From Octopus bimaculoides (Eukaryota): 64,000 bases of DNA. The notes beneath the pieces were generated by a model, which did not search any database, was not told the origin of the DNA, and saw only the letters and a program-made list of their open reading frames with translations. A program made the position numbers and the translations under genes. The stretch spans positions 46,945,231 to 47,009,230 of the forward strand of contig NC_068994.1 in NCBI RefSeq assembly GCF_001194135.2, read 5' to 3'. Shown here piece by piece: positions 13,369 to 25,716 of this stretch. Numbering within the stretch: the stretch's first letter is position 1; every line of letters begins with the position of its first letter.

Positions 13369-14439
13369 TACACACCTATACACACACACACACACATATG
13401 TGATAATCAATGTTGCACCAGGAGCAAAGAATAGTTTTCGCATTGTCTCGGGCAATGGAATGGATGATAATTTCAAGAATGCTTGTACCGATAACATATT
13501 TCTGAGGTGCATTGTTTGAGAAAGATGCCTCTTGAATTGAGGACAATGTCCATTCAATAGGTCTCCACACATTTACTTGCAAGGCTTTGTTTTACTTCAA
13601 AGTGGCACCAACTAGGATTGAACCTATAGCCATGCAAATTTACAAATGGACTACTTCATTTATTTACTCATTCATTTAGCTATACTGTGTGTGTTTGTGT
13701 ATGCGTGCATATATATGTATACATATATATATACACACACATATACATACACATGAGTGTGTGTGTATACATACATATACACACACAAACACACACACAC
13801 ACACCACTTAATGTGATCGCTTTCAGTCAAAGCCTTTTGGACAACAACAGCCAGTTATCTTATCAAACATCATCTGTGCCAATAGTAAGTGGCTTCCATA
13901 TTATAGTGTGTGAAGATGTGTGTGTGTGTGAGTGTGTGTGTGTGTGTGAGTGTGTGTGTGTGTGTGTGTGATATTTGTGCTTTATCCATAGGCATTGAAA
14001 AATCACTAAATAAATATTCAGATTTAACAGCCAAACTTTGTGTTTGTATGTATGTGTGTGTTAGTATAGGCTAGTAGGCTTTTGTGTATTTCATATATAT
14101 GTGTGCATTTACTGTTTCATACCAGTTTTCCCCTGCATACAGTGGTGAGATGGTATTGGAACAACTATTTTTACAGCTGGATGTTTCTACATATTCAACT
14201 GTAAAGCAGGGAGTGAAACATGATTTAGGCTGTCTTTTTGTGTCAGGCAAACTGGAGCAACATGAGTTTATATATGTATATACATACATATATATGTGTG
14301 TGTGTGTACAAAGTTATGTTTAAGTGTTCAGCTATTGATCACATGGTTATGAGTTCTATCTAAACATAACTGTTAATAGGGCCCTGTATTCTAAACAGAC
14401 TGGTGATGGCTTTCTCTGCATTTGCTGAATTCATATATA

Positions 14440-14524
<85 letters not shown>

Positions 14525-15019
14525 CACACCTAAGGTCATTAAAATAAACTATAGATGTGTAGGGATTCATACAGTTAATATCTTTTAAAGGTAGTTTCCC
14601 CTGCATGGCTACAGTATAATGACGGTGATAGTAGTGAAAGTGCCTTATGTTTGGGAAAAGTAAGCAGAGGTCATGTTTGACTGGGTTGACCCATACGCTA
14701 AATGACTGAGGTTACACTCTACCCTATGAATCATGACTGCTTTATGTGTAAAACATAATACATATAACCACAGGTTAAGCAGTGTGGCTAAGAAGTTAGC
14801 TTCACAGCCACCTCGTGGGCTTTGTCTTAAGTTTCAATCCCAGTGAACAGCACTTTGGACATATCCTAGGACTGACCAATATTTTTTGATTGAGATTTGG
14901 TAAAAAGAAACTGTGCAGGGTCAAAAAAAAAAGTTCCAGTCAAATGTAGAAATCAGTTTAATCAACTAACCTGTTCTTTGAATTTCTGGCCTTGTGTCTA
15001 TGTTAGAAATAATCATCAT

Positions 15020-15225
15020 CATCATCGTCGTTTAACGTCCGCTTTCTATGCTAGCATGGGTTGGACGATTTGATTGAGGACTGGTGAAACCAGATGGCTA
15101 CACCAGGCTCCAATCTGATTTGGCAGAGTTTCTACAGCTGGATGCCCTTCTTAACACCAACCACTCCGAGAGTGTAGTGGGTGCTTTTACATGCCACCAG
15201 CACGAAGGCCAGTCATATTATTACC
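15020..15225 (-). mobile_element. Family C element, 5'-truncated
   Basis: (CAT)n CGTTTAACGTCCGC...GCTGGATGCCCTTC; nearly identical to the reverse complement of 11570-11750. Confidence 0.85.
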
Positions 15226-15980
15226 CCTTTCAGTCAAGTGGTCTTGTCTTGGTAACCTCACTGGAGCTGGTACCACATAAAACACACCCAGTACACTCTG
15301 TAAAGTGATTGGTATTATGAAGGGCCATCCAGCTGTAGAAACCATACCAAAGCAGGCATTGGCGCTTGGCGTAGTCCTTTTGCTCTTCAGCTCCTTTCAA
15401 ATCATCCAGCCTATGCCAGCATGAAAAATTGTGAATTCTACTGCCACTGTTGCTAATGATGATTTTTCAGCACAAAATCAGTTGAGTTATGAGAGCATAG
15501 TTCAAAACACTTGTTCAAAACACTTGTTCTGGCTCACTGCACTCTGAATTTAAGTCCTGCTATGGTCAACTTAGCCCTTTAGCATTCACATTATTCTGTC
15601 AAATGTAATGCTTAATTAATTACACTATTTTGAATTAATTATGTATTATTTATTCATATTGTTCTGAATCAATCATGCTTTATCTTGTAGCTTCAAGATT
15701 TCAAAGATGTGATTATATATCTCTAGAATGACATTGTAGGGTAGGTGTGAGAAACTGGATCTAGCTGGTTTGATCATCAAACAGATAGGAAATTTGGGCT
15801 GAATATGTCCAGATTAAAAAAAGATGTTGATTTGACAAAACTGACAGTTAAGTGATGTTAATCACACCTTTTTGTATTCTTAAACCTTTAGCATTTAAAC
15901 CCAAATATCCTACCTTCTTCAATGTTCAAACTGGCCAGATTCAACCCCTCATACCTACCCTACAACGTCATTCTGAAAAC

Positions 15981-16228
15981 AACCTGCAGCGGAGGCACAT
16001 AGCTTAGTGGTTAGGTTGTTGGGTTCATGGTTGTGGTTTCATTTCCTGGACCAGGCAACATGTGTTCTTGAGCAAAAACATCATTTCACATTGCTCCAAT
16101 CTACTCAGCTGGCAAAAATGAGTTACCCTGCGATGGACTGGTGTCTTGTCCAGGTGGGGAATATATACACCATGGAAACTGACCCTTATGTGTCAGTATG
16201 GTTCGAGAAGGTAACTTTACCTTTACCT
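15981..16228 (+). mobile_element. SINE family B, full length, with 11-bp TSD
   Basis: ATTCTGAAAAC flanks it at 15970-15980 and 16229-16239. tRNA-like head TAGCTTAGTGG and tail (CTTTAC)n. Confidence 0.88.
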
Positions 16229-16309
16229 ATTCTGAAAACGGTCAATCACATCACCAAAAACTTGAAACTACAGAGATAGTGCACAATTAATTTCGAATAA
16301 TATGAATAA

Positions 16310-16530
16310 ACATCATCATCATCATCGTTTAACATCCTCTTTCCATGCTAGCATGGGTTGGACGATTTGACTGAGGACTGGTGAACCAGATGGCTACACC
16401 AGGCTCCAATCTGATTTGGCAGAGTTTCTACAGCCGGATGCCTTCCTAACGCCAACCACTCTGAGAGTGTAGTGGGTGCTTTTACGTGCCACCGGCACGA
16501 GGGCCAGTCAGGCGGTACTGGCAATGTACC
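16310..16530 (-). mobile_element. Family C element
   Basis: (CAT)n CGTTTAACATCC...GGATGCCTTCCTAACGCCAACC. Confidence 0.85.
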
Positions 16531-17118
16531 CCGCCTGACTACATTACATTTGGCAGAATAATCTGAATGTTAAAGGGTTAATTCGAACCATACCAAAATT
16601 CATTCTTGTCTTTCATCACTCCATTTGGAGTTGGGGAAATTGAGAAATGTCTAAATACCAGTAATATAATACCAGTGTTAATTTAATTGGTTGTTACCTT
16701 CTCCCCTTCACCCAAAATATTTCTTTGCCTCCTTGTACATAAGATAGAAATCATCACCGTCTTCACCGCCACCAGTACTACCATTATTATTATTATTATT
16801 ATATATACACCTGATGAAGTAGTTAGAGTCAGAAAACAGTACCCCCACTCCACCACACATACCACTATGTACTGCGACTAATAAAGAATATGCACTGAGA
16901 CTATAGATAGTCTCATTAAGTAGTTGCTAGTTGTTATCCCCCCCCCTCTCCCCTCCCGCTACTCCACCCCCTTTCCCCCCTACCCTTCCTACATCCTGAG
17001 TGCAATGTTTCAGAGAGTACCACCACCACCACCACCATTACTCCCTGCTGATGAAACCCTAATTATTATATGGACGCTCCTACCTCCTGCTACAACTATT
17101 TCTGAATAACAGCATTAG

Positions 17119-17151
<33 letters not shown>

Positions 17152-17299
17152 CGTTGTTGTTGTTGTTATAGTAGTGCAGGTGCACAGACGGTGCACTTTG
17201 TTGAACAGACACTAGACGTTCATTTGTTTTGTCTGTGTCTTGATTTCTTTATACATTCATATGTCTGAATGTCTGTTCAATTGTGTGCGTACGTGTATG

Positions 17300-17810
17300 T
17301 CTTATTTGATCATTTGTCAGTCTATTTGTTTTGGTTTTTTTAAAATTTTTATTTTGCATATATTAAGTCATTTGTGTACCTATCTGTTTGTCTATCTGTG
17401 TATTCATCTGTTTTCTTTTTTTTTCTTTGATCATTTGTCTATCTGTTTAACCAGTTGTCTATTTCTCTAACTACTTGTCTAACCATCTAACCATTTCTCT
17501 ATCTATCTTACTATTATCTGATTATTTGTCTGTTTCTCTCATCACATGTTTAACAATTTGTTTATCTGTCTAACTATTTGCCTATCTATCTGACCATTTG
17601 TCTGTTTCTCTCATCAGTTGTTTAACAATTTGTCTATCTGTCTAATCATTTGTTTCTTCTAACAGTTAACCATTTATTTATCAGCCTATTTGTCCAGCTG
17701 TGTAACTATTTGTCAATCTATCTAATAATTTGTGCAACGCTTTAACCATTTGTGTATCTGTCTAGCCATTCAGCTATCAATCTAACAATTAGTCTATTTA
17801 GCCATGTACC
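17300..17810. repeat. Degenerate TCTA-rich minisatellite (TTTGTCTATCTGTCTAACCA-like)
   Basis: Recurrent CATTTGTCTATCTG / TAACAATTTG units. Confidence 0.7.
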
Positions 17811-18179
17811 TCCTTTATAGAAAGGGACCTGTTTCTGTCCCTCTGTCATACTCTAACCTCTCATCACCTGGCACAAAACCACTTCCCTCAATACTAGTCC
17901 CCCAAACCTGTTCATTTTAGGTGTCTTTGTCTTGCAGCTTACTTGGCTACCTCACTGGTGCTGGTGCCATGTAAAAAGCACCCAGTACACTCTGTAAAGT
18001 AGTTGGCAATGGGAAGGATACCTAGCTTTGAAACCATGCCAAAGCAGACAGTAGAGCTTGGCACAGTCCTCCGATTCATCAGCTCCTGTCAAACTCTCCA
18101 ACCCATGTCAGCATGGGAAACGGATGTGAAATGGTGAATAGTGATTTGTTGTTCTGTCTAAACCAGTGGTTTATATATA

Positions 18180-18390
18180 GGGAGAATTCACAAAAAAAAA
18201 ACAACAAAAGACGAAGACAGGTGGTGTAGAAAACAAACAGATGTATTTAGTATAACGCTCGGGAAGTGAAAAAGTCTTTAACGTTTCGAGCCTAAGCTCT
18301 CTCACAGAAAGGAACACAGAAAGAAACAAGGAGAGAAATACGGAAGAAAAAAAAAAAAAAAGAATGTGTTGTGGCTAGCGATCTATCATG
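18180..18390 (-). mobile_element. Penelope-like pseudo-LTR remnant with a degenerate minimal hammerhead at 18275-18312
   Basis: Minus strand CTTT-CTGTGAGA-GAGC(TTAG)GCTC-GAAA-CGT-T-AAAG has intact stems I and II and GAAA, but an altered CUGAUGA box. Confidence 0.55.
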
Positions 18391-18395
18391 GCGAA

Positions 18396-18433
<38 letters not shown>

Positions 18434-18884
18434 TGAGAGAGAGAGAGAGAGAGAGAGTATAGGACTGTAAATGTATGTGTTGATTAGTAAACACACTTGT
18501 AGCTTCACTGTGAAAAGGTAAATACTGCAGTCAACCCTTTTTTTTTTGTTTTGTTTTTTGTTTTTATTCTGTGTAACCAGAAAGAATAGCCGCATACAGT
18601 TATTTACAGTAAATACACACTCACTCAGAACTAAATTAACGAAAACTGAGACTTGTTTGATCTCTTTATTATTTTTTTTCTTTCGTGTTCAGAGTGGTTT
18701 CAACAGAGTTCACTTTTCATAAGTTAAATCTACTTTTCTACAATATATGTTGTTTACTTTTAACAAGAAAAAAAACAACAAAAAACAAACAAACAAACAA
18801 AAAAAACCCCTTATAAGTTTACTTTCCATGTCTAGTTACCCCAATGCTGCATCATGTTCCTATGAATTTTTGCATTTCATATAT

Positions 18885-19083
18885 TGTTAGCACGCCAGGC
18901 AAAATGCTTAGCGGTATTTCAATTGTCTTTACGTTCTGAGTTTAAATTTCGCCGAGTTTGACTTGGCCTTTCATCCTTTTGAAGTTGATAAATTAAGTAC
19001 CAGTTGCATACTGGGGTTGACGCAATTGACTAGTCCCCTCCCCCAAAATTTCAAGCCTTGTGCCTTTAGTAGAAAGGATAAGG

Positions 19084-19121
<38 letters not shown>

Positions 19122-19372
19122 TATTATTATTATTATTATTATTATTATTTAAGGCGGCGAGCTGGCAGAATCGTTAGCACATCAGGCAAAAATGCTTAGC
19201 GGTATTTCATCTGTCTTTACGTTCTGAGTTCAAATTCCTCTCAGGTCAACTTTTCCTTTCATTATCGATAAAATAAGTACCAGTTGCATACTGGGGAGGG
19301 GCCTATGTAATTGACTTAATTCCTTCCCCCAAATTTGAGGCCTTGTGCTTCCAGTAGAAAGGATTATTATTA
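18885..19372 (+). mobile_element. Two tandem SINE family D copies separated by (AAT)n(ATT)n
   Basis: Head GGCGGCGAGCTGGCAGAATCGTTAGCAC...GTTCTGAGTTCAAATTC, core CTTTCATCCTTT..GATAAATTAAGTACCAG, tail GGCCTTGTGC..TAGAAAGG(ATT)n. Confidence 0.85.
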
Positions 19373-19939
19373 TTATTATTATTATGATAAACAAATACAA
19401 GTTGTTTTCAGTCATTTTGCTGCAGCATTTTGTTGTTCAACTCCAGATCAGTTCTAATTAAGCTGACCAATCAGGAATCAAAGGCATTTAGTTAGTGGTA
19501 ACCATCACATCCTTTTTTTTTCTTGTTTTGTTTTTTCTTGATTGTGCATCTTAATACCACATTTCTTATGCAATCTGTATTTTACTCCTTTCAGGCAATA
19601 GGATTTGATTTAAAGTCGATTTGGGATGCTATTTCTAGCAAGTAGAGAGGCTCTGTCATGTAGTGTGAAAAGGCGCTTGTGTTGCATGGCATTTGTTTTG
19701 ATGTGGTGTTTTTTATTGTCTTTTTTATGCTCCTCTTTGTTGTTCTTGAGCTCCAGGTCAGGTCTCAGCTTTTTAGACATATAGAACTACATCATTCAAT
19801 GTCTCCTTTTCTTTCTTCAAACAAAAGAGTGTAGTAATCAAACCTTCCTTGAAGATTCGACTGTTATTTCTAGGAGGTTGTGTAACCATGTTTAGGCTTC
19901 TTCAAAAGTCATTTCTTGTATTGAGATCTGACTTTGTGG

Positions 19940-20600
19940 ATTGAGAAAGAGAAGAGGTTGTTTTTCTTGTAATCTGGCTGTTTATGTTCTGGAATATGTA
20001 TTGTGCGAATTGTACGATAGTTTTTGGGGAGGTAATTGTATGTAGAATATGCTGTATGATAGTATTTATTAGGAAGTGATTGTGTAAAGTACGCTATATG
20101 AGTTGTGTTATAGCTGTTGGAGAAATAATCTTGTAGACTCTGTATTGTGTTGTGTTGGGAGGTGATAGTGTAGAATATTTATTGTATAGCATGTTTTATG
20201 CTTTTGTTATGTTTCGGATGTGTAGAATGAATGTTGAATTTTTGCCACAGTATCACAAGGCAGTTGTGTGTGTGTGTGTGTGTGTGTGGTAGGTACTGTG
20301 TGTTTTTTGTGTAATATAATATTTAGAGAGCGGTGATTGCATAGAATGTGCGCTGCCTGCGAGAGTTGCATTATAGTATCAGGACGTGCTTCTGTAGAAT
20401 ATGTGATATGAGCTGTGTTATAGTATCGGCAGTAGTGGTGATGGTGATGGAGCGATTATATAGAATTATTTGAGTAGAGATGTTCGAGTTGTGTTGATAC
20501 TATCAGGAGCTGATTGTATAGAATGTCTGTTGTGTGATTTATGTTATAGCATCGGAAGGTGATAGTGTAGAATGTGCTGTAGTTTTGAATTTAAATTATC
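19940..20600. repeat. Old minisatellite with a unit of about 45-50 bp
   Basis: About a dozen diverged GGAGGTGATTGTGTAGAATATGCTGT..GAGTTGTGTTATAGTATC units. Confidence 0.65.
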
Positions 20601-20777
20601 CTCGGTTGAATTGTTTACGTAGTAAACCTATTTATAGATTTATGTACAAGAAAGAGTGCGAGTCCTGATATCATTGCGTGCTGCATTTTTCTTCTTTGCT
20701 TTGTTTTTGCTTGATGTTCTTATACCATTTATCAGTTCACATACCATTATTTGATACCGTTTTGTTTTGTCACTTAC

Positions 20778-20824
20778 ACACTCGCACCCACGGCGAACTA
20801 ACGCGGTGATGATGAATCGAAACA
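20778..20824 (-). other. Candidate 47-nt exon (UTR or coding) of a minus-strand transcript
   Basis: Minus strand GAGTTTTACCAG|TGTTTCG...GCGAGTGT|GTAAGT: consensus donor, plausible acceptor, and CpG-rich unique sequence. Confidence 0.4.
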
Positions 20825-21223
20825 CTGGTAAAACTCACTAACATTTACATACATTCAATCAAAGTATATATATATATATGCATGTGTGCATATACCTATG
20901 AATATTTATATATGTGTATACATATTCGTGTGTGTATGCATATATTGTTTCTGTACATGTATATGTGTATACACACACACATACATACAGAGCAACCACG
21001 TTCGCTCATACTCACATATCCGCGTGTCCAATACTTGTATTTTCTGTTTAATCGCATATCCTACAAATTAAATTTCAATTTAAAAATATCTGTTTGAATT
21101 AGTCGTGTGTGTATATAATCTTTTAATTCTAAAGCAGATATCGCACTCGTTACTTGCTTTCGCCTGTCTCTCTCTCTCTCTCTCTCTCTCTCCTATATAC
21201 GCAGATACACACACACACATGGA

Positions 21224-21269
<46 letters not shown>

Positions 21270-21471
21270 TGCATGTACTCATCATATAATTGTATATGAG
21301 GGGAGGGTAAGCACAATAGAAAGCAGATAAGGAAAGTCCCCATTGGTGTGTGTGTGTGTGAAGGAGGGGAATCAGTCCTTTAAANNNNNNNNNNNNNNNN
21401 NNNNNNNNNNNNNNNNNNNNNNNNNNNNNNNNNNNNNNNNNNNNNNNNNNNNNNNNNNNNNNNNNNNNNNN

Positions 21472-22600
21472 CCCCTCCCACTACCTGTGTGTGTTCTTGT
21501 GGCGGCAGCCTGACCGACATTTGCCGACACACTGACGCCACACGCACACATGGGCGCAATAGCACACACACACACACACACACGAACGCACGCACACACA
21601 AGCAAATGCACAGGCTGACGCCCGTCTCTTCCTCATCCCCTTTGAGAGTAATATGGGCGCTGTTCTTGTCGGTGGTTATGATGTTGGTGTGAAAGGTGGT
21701 GGTGGAAGAAGGAGTAGATGTGTATGCGTGCGTGTGTATGTAGTTGGATAGCTGTATGTAGATGGGTAAAAATGTGTGTGCGTAAGAGAGAGAGAGAGAG
21801 AGAGAACCAACAAATTCATTTGAATAAACGCATACATGCGTTTATTCAAATGAATGTGTTGGTTGAATCCGGGAATCCTTCCGCTACTCGTTTCGATGAC
21901 GAGGAAACTAGTTGAATGAAAACTTCACTCAACAACGTTTCTCTCTTTCTCTCTCTCTCTTTCTCTCTCGTTCACACATACATACACACGCATTCCTTCC
22001 GTCCTTCACACACACTCTCTGTCTATCTCGCTCTCTCTCTCCATTTCTATGTATTTGTCTGTCTATCTCTCGGCTATCTTTCTCGAACCCCTATAATTCT
22101 CCGTTGTCCACTCATTTCCTTCACTTAGTTGCCCTTCCTCCCACCACCTCTTCACCTCCTCTCCTCAAAGAGTCTCCATGTCGACTTCCCCGTCGTCTTT
22201 TTACTCTATCTACCGCTCTTTTCTTCTTCTTCACCAAATCATTCACTGAAGCAAACCGACCCTCTCTTCTATTTTCTCAAGAGCCCTGCATTTCATTTGA
22301 TCCCGGTTTACCTCTCCTACGCGTTCACCCCCGTCCACACACACATATTGCTTCTTCTTCTCGCCCCCCCATCCCCTCTTTACTCCAATTCCTCCGTATC
22401 TCTGTCGCCACCGCCACAACCGGGCTATCCTATTATGGTGTGAAGTGGGGGGGAGAGGTTGGAGAGTTGTCAAGACACTTTATATATAGCAATAACGGCT
22501 TTGGAAACAGCAGCGACTGCAGCAGTAACTGCAGCTGCAATTGCAGCAAGTAATTGCAACAGTAAAAGATGGGAAACCTCATCTCCGAGCGCTGGATCGA
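21472..22600. promoter_or_regulatory. Candidate promoter / first-exon region
   Basis: Largely unique, SINE-poor and visibly CpG-retaining compared with the rest of the window. A minus-strand donor ACAG|GTAGTG lies at 21485/21484. Confidence 0.35.
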
Positions 22601-23164
22601 TCTGCTAGAAATAACAGTCAAATTTTCTCCACAGTTCACAACCCATCATCTCAAAATAGAAAAGATGAGATGTTGAATAACGCTATCTAACTTACACAAA
22701 TGTTGCCCACCCATTCACTTTGTTTCCTCATAACTTTCGGAAAAATTGATATTTTTAATGTAATTTTCTACAAATACCGTTCAGATGGTGTAGATTACGA
22801 TTATATTGGAATTAAATGTTAAAAAGAAAAGGTTGGGGGCACATACATACTGATACACATCACTGTTTTTTTTTTGTTTTTTTTTTCAAAACTCCAAGAT
22901 TCATTTTCTAGATGTGTGTGTGTGTCAGTATGTATTTGTGTGAGACCATCATCTTTTTCTTTTTTCCACATTTATTAATTCTTATAATAACCCTAATCTA
23001 CACTATTTGAAAATTATTGGTATGGCTGTGTAGTAAGAAGTTTGCTTCTCAACCACATGGTTCTAGGTTCGGTCCCATCACGTGTCATCTACAGCATGTG
23101 TCTACTGTAGCCTAGGGCCAACCAAAGCCTTGTGAGTGGATTCAGTAGGTGGCAACCTGTCGTC

Positions 23165-23211
<47 letters not shown>

Positions 23212-23502
23212 TCATATATGCATATATATGTACATGTATGTACATACCTTCATCTATATGTACATATAGATACATAACTGGGTACATGACGTGGCAAAAG
23301 AACATGGACAAAATGATAAACAAGGTACAACAAACAAGCAGGCCACATAGAAACATCTCTTTCATCAGCTGCCACCTTTAAAACACCGGCGTTTCAAAGA
23401 ATTAAGAATTAATATATATATATATATATAGGTGGTGCTCCAGCATGGCCGTAGTCAAATGACTGAAACAAGTAAAAGAAAAAAAAGAAAAGAATATATA
23501 AA

Positions 23503-23860
23503 GGCACAGGCATGGCTGTGGTAAGAAGTTCGCTTCCCATTCACATGGTACCAGGTTCAGTCCCACTGCATGGTGCCCAAGCTTTGTGAGTGGATTTGGT
23601 AGATGGAAACTGAAGAAACTTGTATATATATGCGTGTATTTATATGTGTGTGTTTGTCCCCCCTGCTATCACTTCACAACTGATGCTGGTGTGTTTATGC
23701 CCCCGTAACATAGCGGTTTGGCAAAAGAGACCGATAGAATAAGTACTAAGCTTACAAAGAATAAGTCCTGGGGTCGATTTCTTCAATAAAAACTCTTTAA
23801 GGTGGTACTCCAGCATGGCCGCAGTCAAATGACTGAAACTAGTAAAAGAATAAAAGAATA
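23503..23860 (+). mobile_element. SINE family A
   Basis: GGCACAGGCATGGCTGTGGTAAGAAG ... CAGCATGGCCGCAGTCAAATGACTGAAAC. Confidence 0.85.
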
Positions 23861-23862
23861 TA

Positions 23863-24312
23863 AAGATCCGTCTCTTTGCTGCTGCAGTGGAGTCTGTGCT
23901 TTTGTATGAGTCTGAGACTTGGACACTGACCAAGAAACTCACTCAGATGGTAGATGGCTGCTACACAAGAATGCTGAGGATGGCTCTGAACATTAATCAG
24001 TATACACTGAGGATGGAGAACTCAGAACTGTACAAGAGCCTCCCAATAGTTAGCTTGAAAATAACACAAAAGAGACTGAGGTTAGCTGGACATGCTCACC
24101 ATCATTCAGAGTTGATATTGCACTCAGTGCTCCTGTGGAAGCCTCTACATGGATACACTCGGAGAGAGAGAGAGAGATGGAGGATGACACATGTTGATGC
24201 CTTAAGGACAGACACGGGTCTCTGGAAGACGCAGGACATGGCGGCAATGATGAGGGACAAAGACCACTGGAGAGAACTTGTCCGTGGATCTCGGGAATTT
24301 TACCTGCCCTAG
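23863..24312 (+). mobile_element. 5'-truncated RTE-group LINE, ORF2 C-terminus (second lineage)
   Basis: Open frame KIRLFAAAVESVLLYESETWTLTKKL...CYTRMLRMALNI...QKRLRLAGH...LLWKP...RDKDHWRELV contains the LLYGSETW, RLRxAGH and W..WR signatures of RTE-type ORF2 C-termini. Confidence 0.85.
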
Positions 24313-24594
24313 AAAGAGATATATAAATATTTTGAATTACATATATTTGGAGCACCAAAATCTTTTAAGAGCTTTGGGCCTCTTTGGTTCCAACTCTAAA
24401 TCACTTCTAATGTAGGTTAAAACTGTGACCAAAGTTGAGTCATGGACCACCCCATTTTTATTTTCAGACATAGTGTATCTAGGACTGTTATCATTTAATG
24501 TATCGTTTATTTTGTCTAAAACTATAGGGTGTAAGTTTTGGAAGATTTGGCTGCCATTTCTAGCAGGTTGAGGTTTCTTTGCCAATAGAAAGAA

Positions 24595-24790
24595 TCTCTA
24601 TGGTCACTTGATTTGCTAAAATAGCAACCAAATCTCCTTAAAATCACATTCTGCTATTTAAAAGGAAGAAAGAAATGACATTAGATTATGTAGTCCAGGG
24701 ATATACAATGTCTGAAAAAAGACAGGGTTGTCATGGCTGGAACGCCTTTGATCAGGATTAAACTGGGAGTAAACCACCACGACCGCCATA
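24595..24790 (+). mobile_element. Interspersed repeat family F (probable SINE 3' part)
   Basis: TTGCTAAAATAGCAACCAAATCTCC...GGCTGGAACGCCTTTGATCAGG; partial copies at about 10180, 19410, 22570, 25370, 27545, 38445, 42425 and 57735. Confidence 0.7.
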
Positions 24791-25539
24791 ACAACAGCTA
24801 TGACAGACTTAATCATCACCAATTCATGGAGGGAACCTTTCCCCCCACCACCATCACCGCCTCTATTGCTGCTGGGTGTGAGGGGTGGGGTAATGATAAG
24901 GGATAGGGGAAGAGTATGTGTGAGTATCTACATTTACACTGGAGCCATCATTTGTAAACATGTAGGCGGTAGTGTTGGGGAGGATGCCACACACCAAGAG
25001 AGCTAGTATATAGGGTACAGGGTACAGTCACACCCTGCCGCCCTTGTTTTTCATACAAGCACCTTAAAGTACAGTTTGGTGGGAGCGAACCCTAGACCCA
25101 CCACCACCACCCACATCACAATGTTGGTTTGTGTTTGTGCATTGGCTTCACACTGGAGCCATTAGCCTAAACAAGTGGCCGTGGAAGTAGTTGACATCCA
25201 GGCCAATAGTTTGGAGAGAGGACAGCGGGGGTGGGGGTGCTGGTTAATCTTACCCTTCCTACACGTATCCCTTCCACCATTCATCTCTGCTTCTGCGTTT
25301 TATGGGTTGTGTGTGTGCTGAGTCTATCACCTCCAGTTTATCTGTGAAAATATACCCTTGCTCTAGTCTTCTGGACTTTTCTTATCTAACCACAATTACC
25401 CCCTGAGTGAGCAGACCTATGCCAAGAAGCATTCCAGACCCTGACCATCATGTCTTTTTTTTTTTTTTTTTCATTTTTTTCAAACTTAGCATATATATCT
25501 GGGACTACATTATCCAGTATTTCCTCTAACTTTGCTTAA

Positions 25540-25716
25540 CCCTTTAGCATTTAAACTGGTCATATCTAGCCCAAATATGCCCAGGTCTAGACTATCACAC
25601 CTACCCTAGAATGTCATCCTAAAAATAGACAATGATATCATTGAAATCTCAAAGTTATGAGACAATATGAACAAATAAGCTATACCCTTGGCAGAGTAAT
25701 TTGAACAATAAAGGGG
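25540..25716. mobile_element. piggyBac-like MITE, family E
   Basis: TTAA|CCCTTTAGCATT ... AATAAAGGGG|TTAA. Confidence 0.8.

Larger units (their letters stand above)
15885..16581. mobile_element. piggyBac-like TTAA MITE (family E) interrupted by a SINE B and a family C insertion
   Basis: Begins CTTTAGCATTTAAAC and ends AATGTTAAAGGGTTAA. The MITE body resumes after each insertion. Confidence 0.75.

Noticed and set aside
14591-14659. 69-nt AG/GT-bounded frame VVSPAWLQYNDG...
   Set aside because: Its 5' half aligns with the degraded family A tail (GGTGCTCCAGCATGGCCGCAGTCAAATGAC).
22488-22608. Ala-rich frame AITALETAATAAVTAAAIAAS
   Set aside because: Low-complexity (GCA)n-derived sequence with no start codon or convincing acceptor.
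22569-22676. MGNLISERW... ORF with a myristoylation-like start
   Set aside because: Most of it is family F repeat sequence (CTGCTAGAAATAACAGTCAAA) and there is no splice donor.
23351-23400. Minus-strand GAAAC...CTGATGA, a permuted hammerhead-like order
   Set aside because: Stems I and II cannot be formed without using core nucleotides; at most a repeat remnant.
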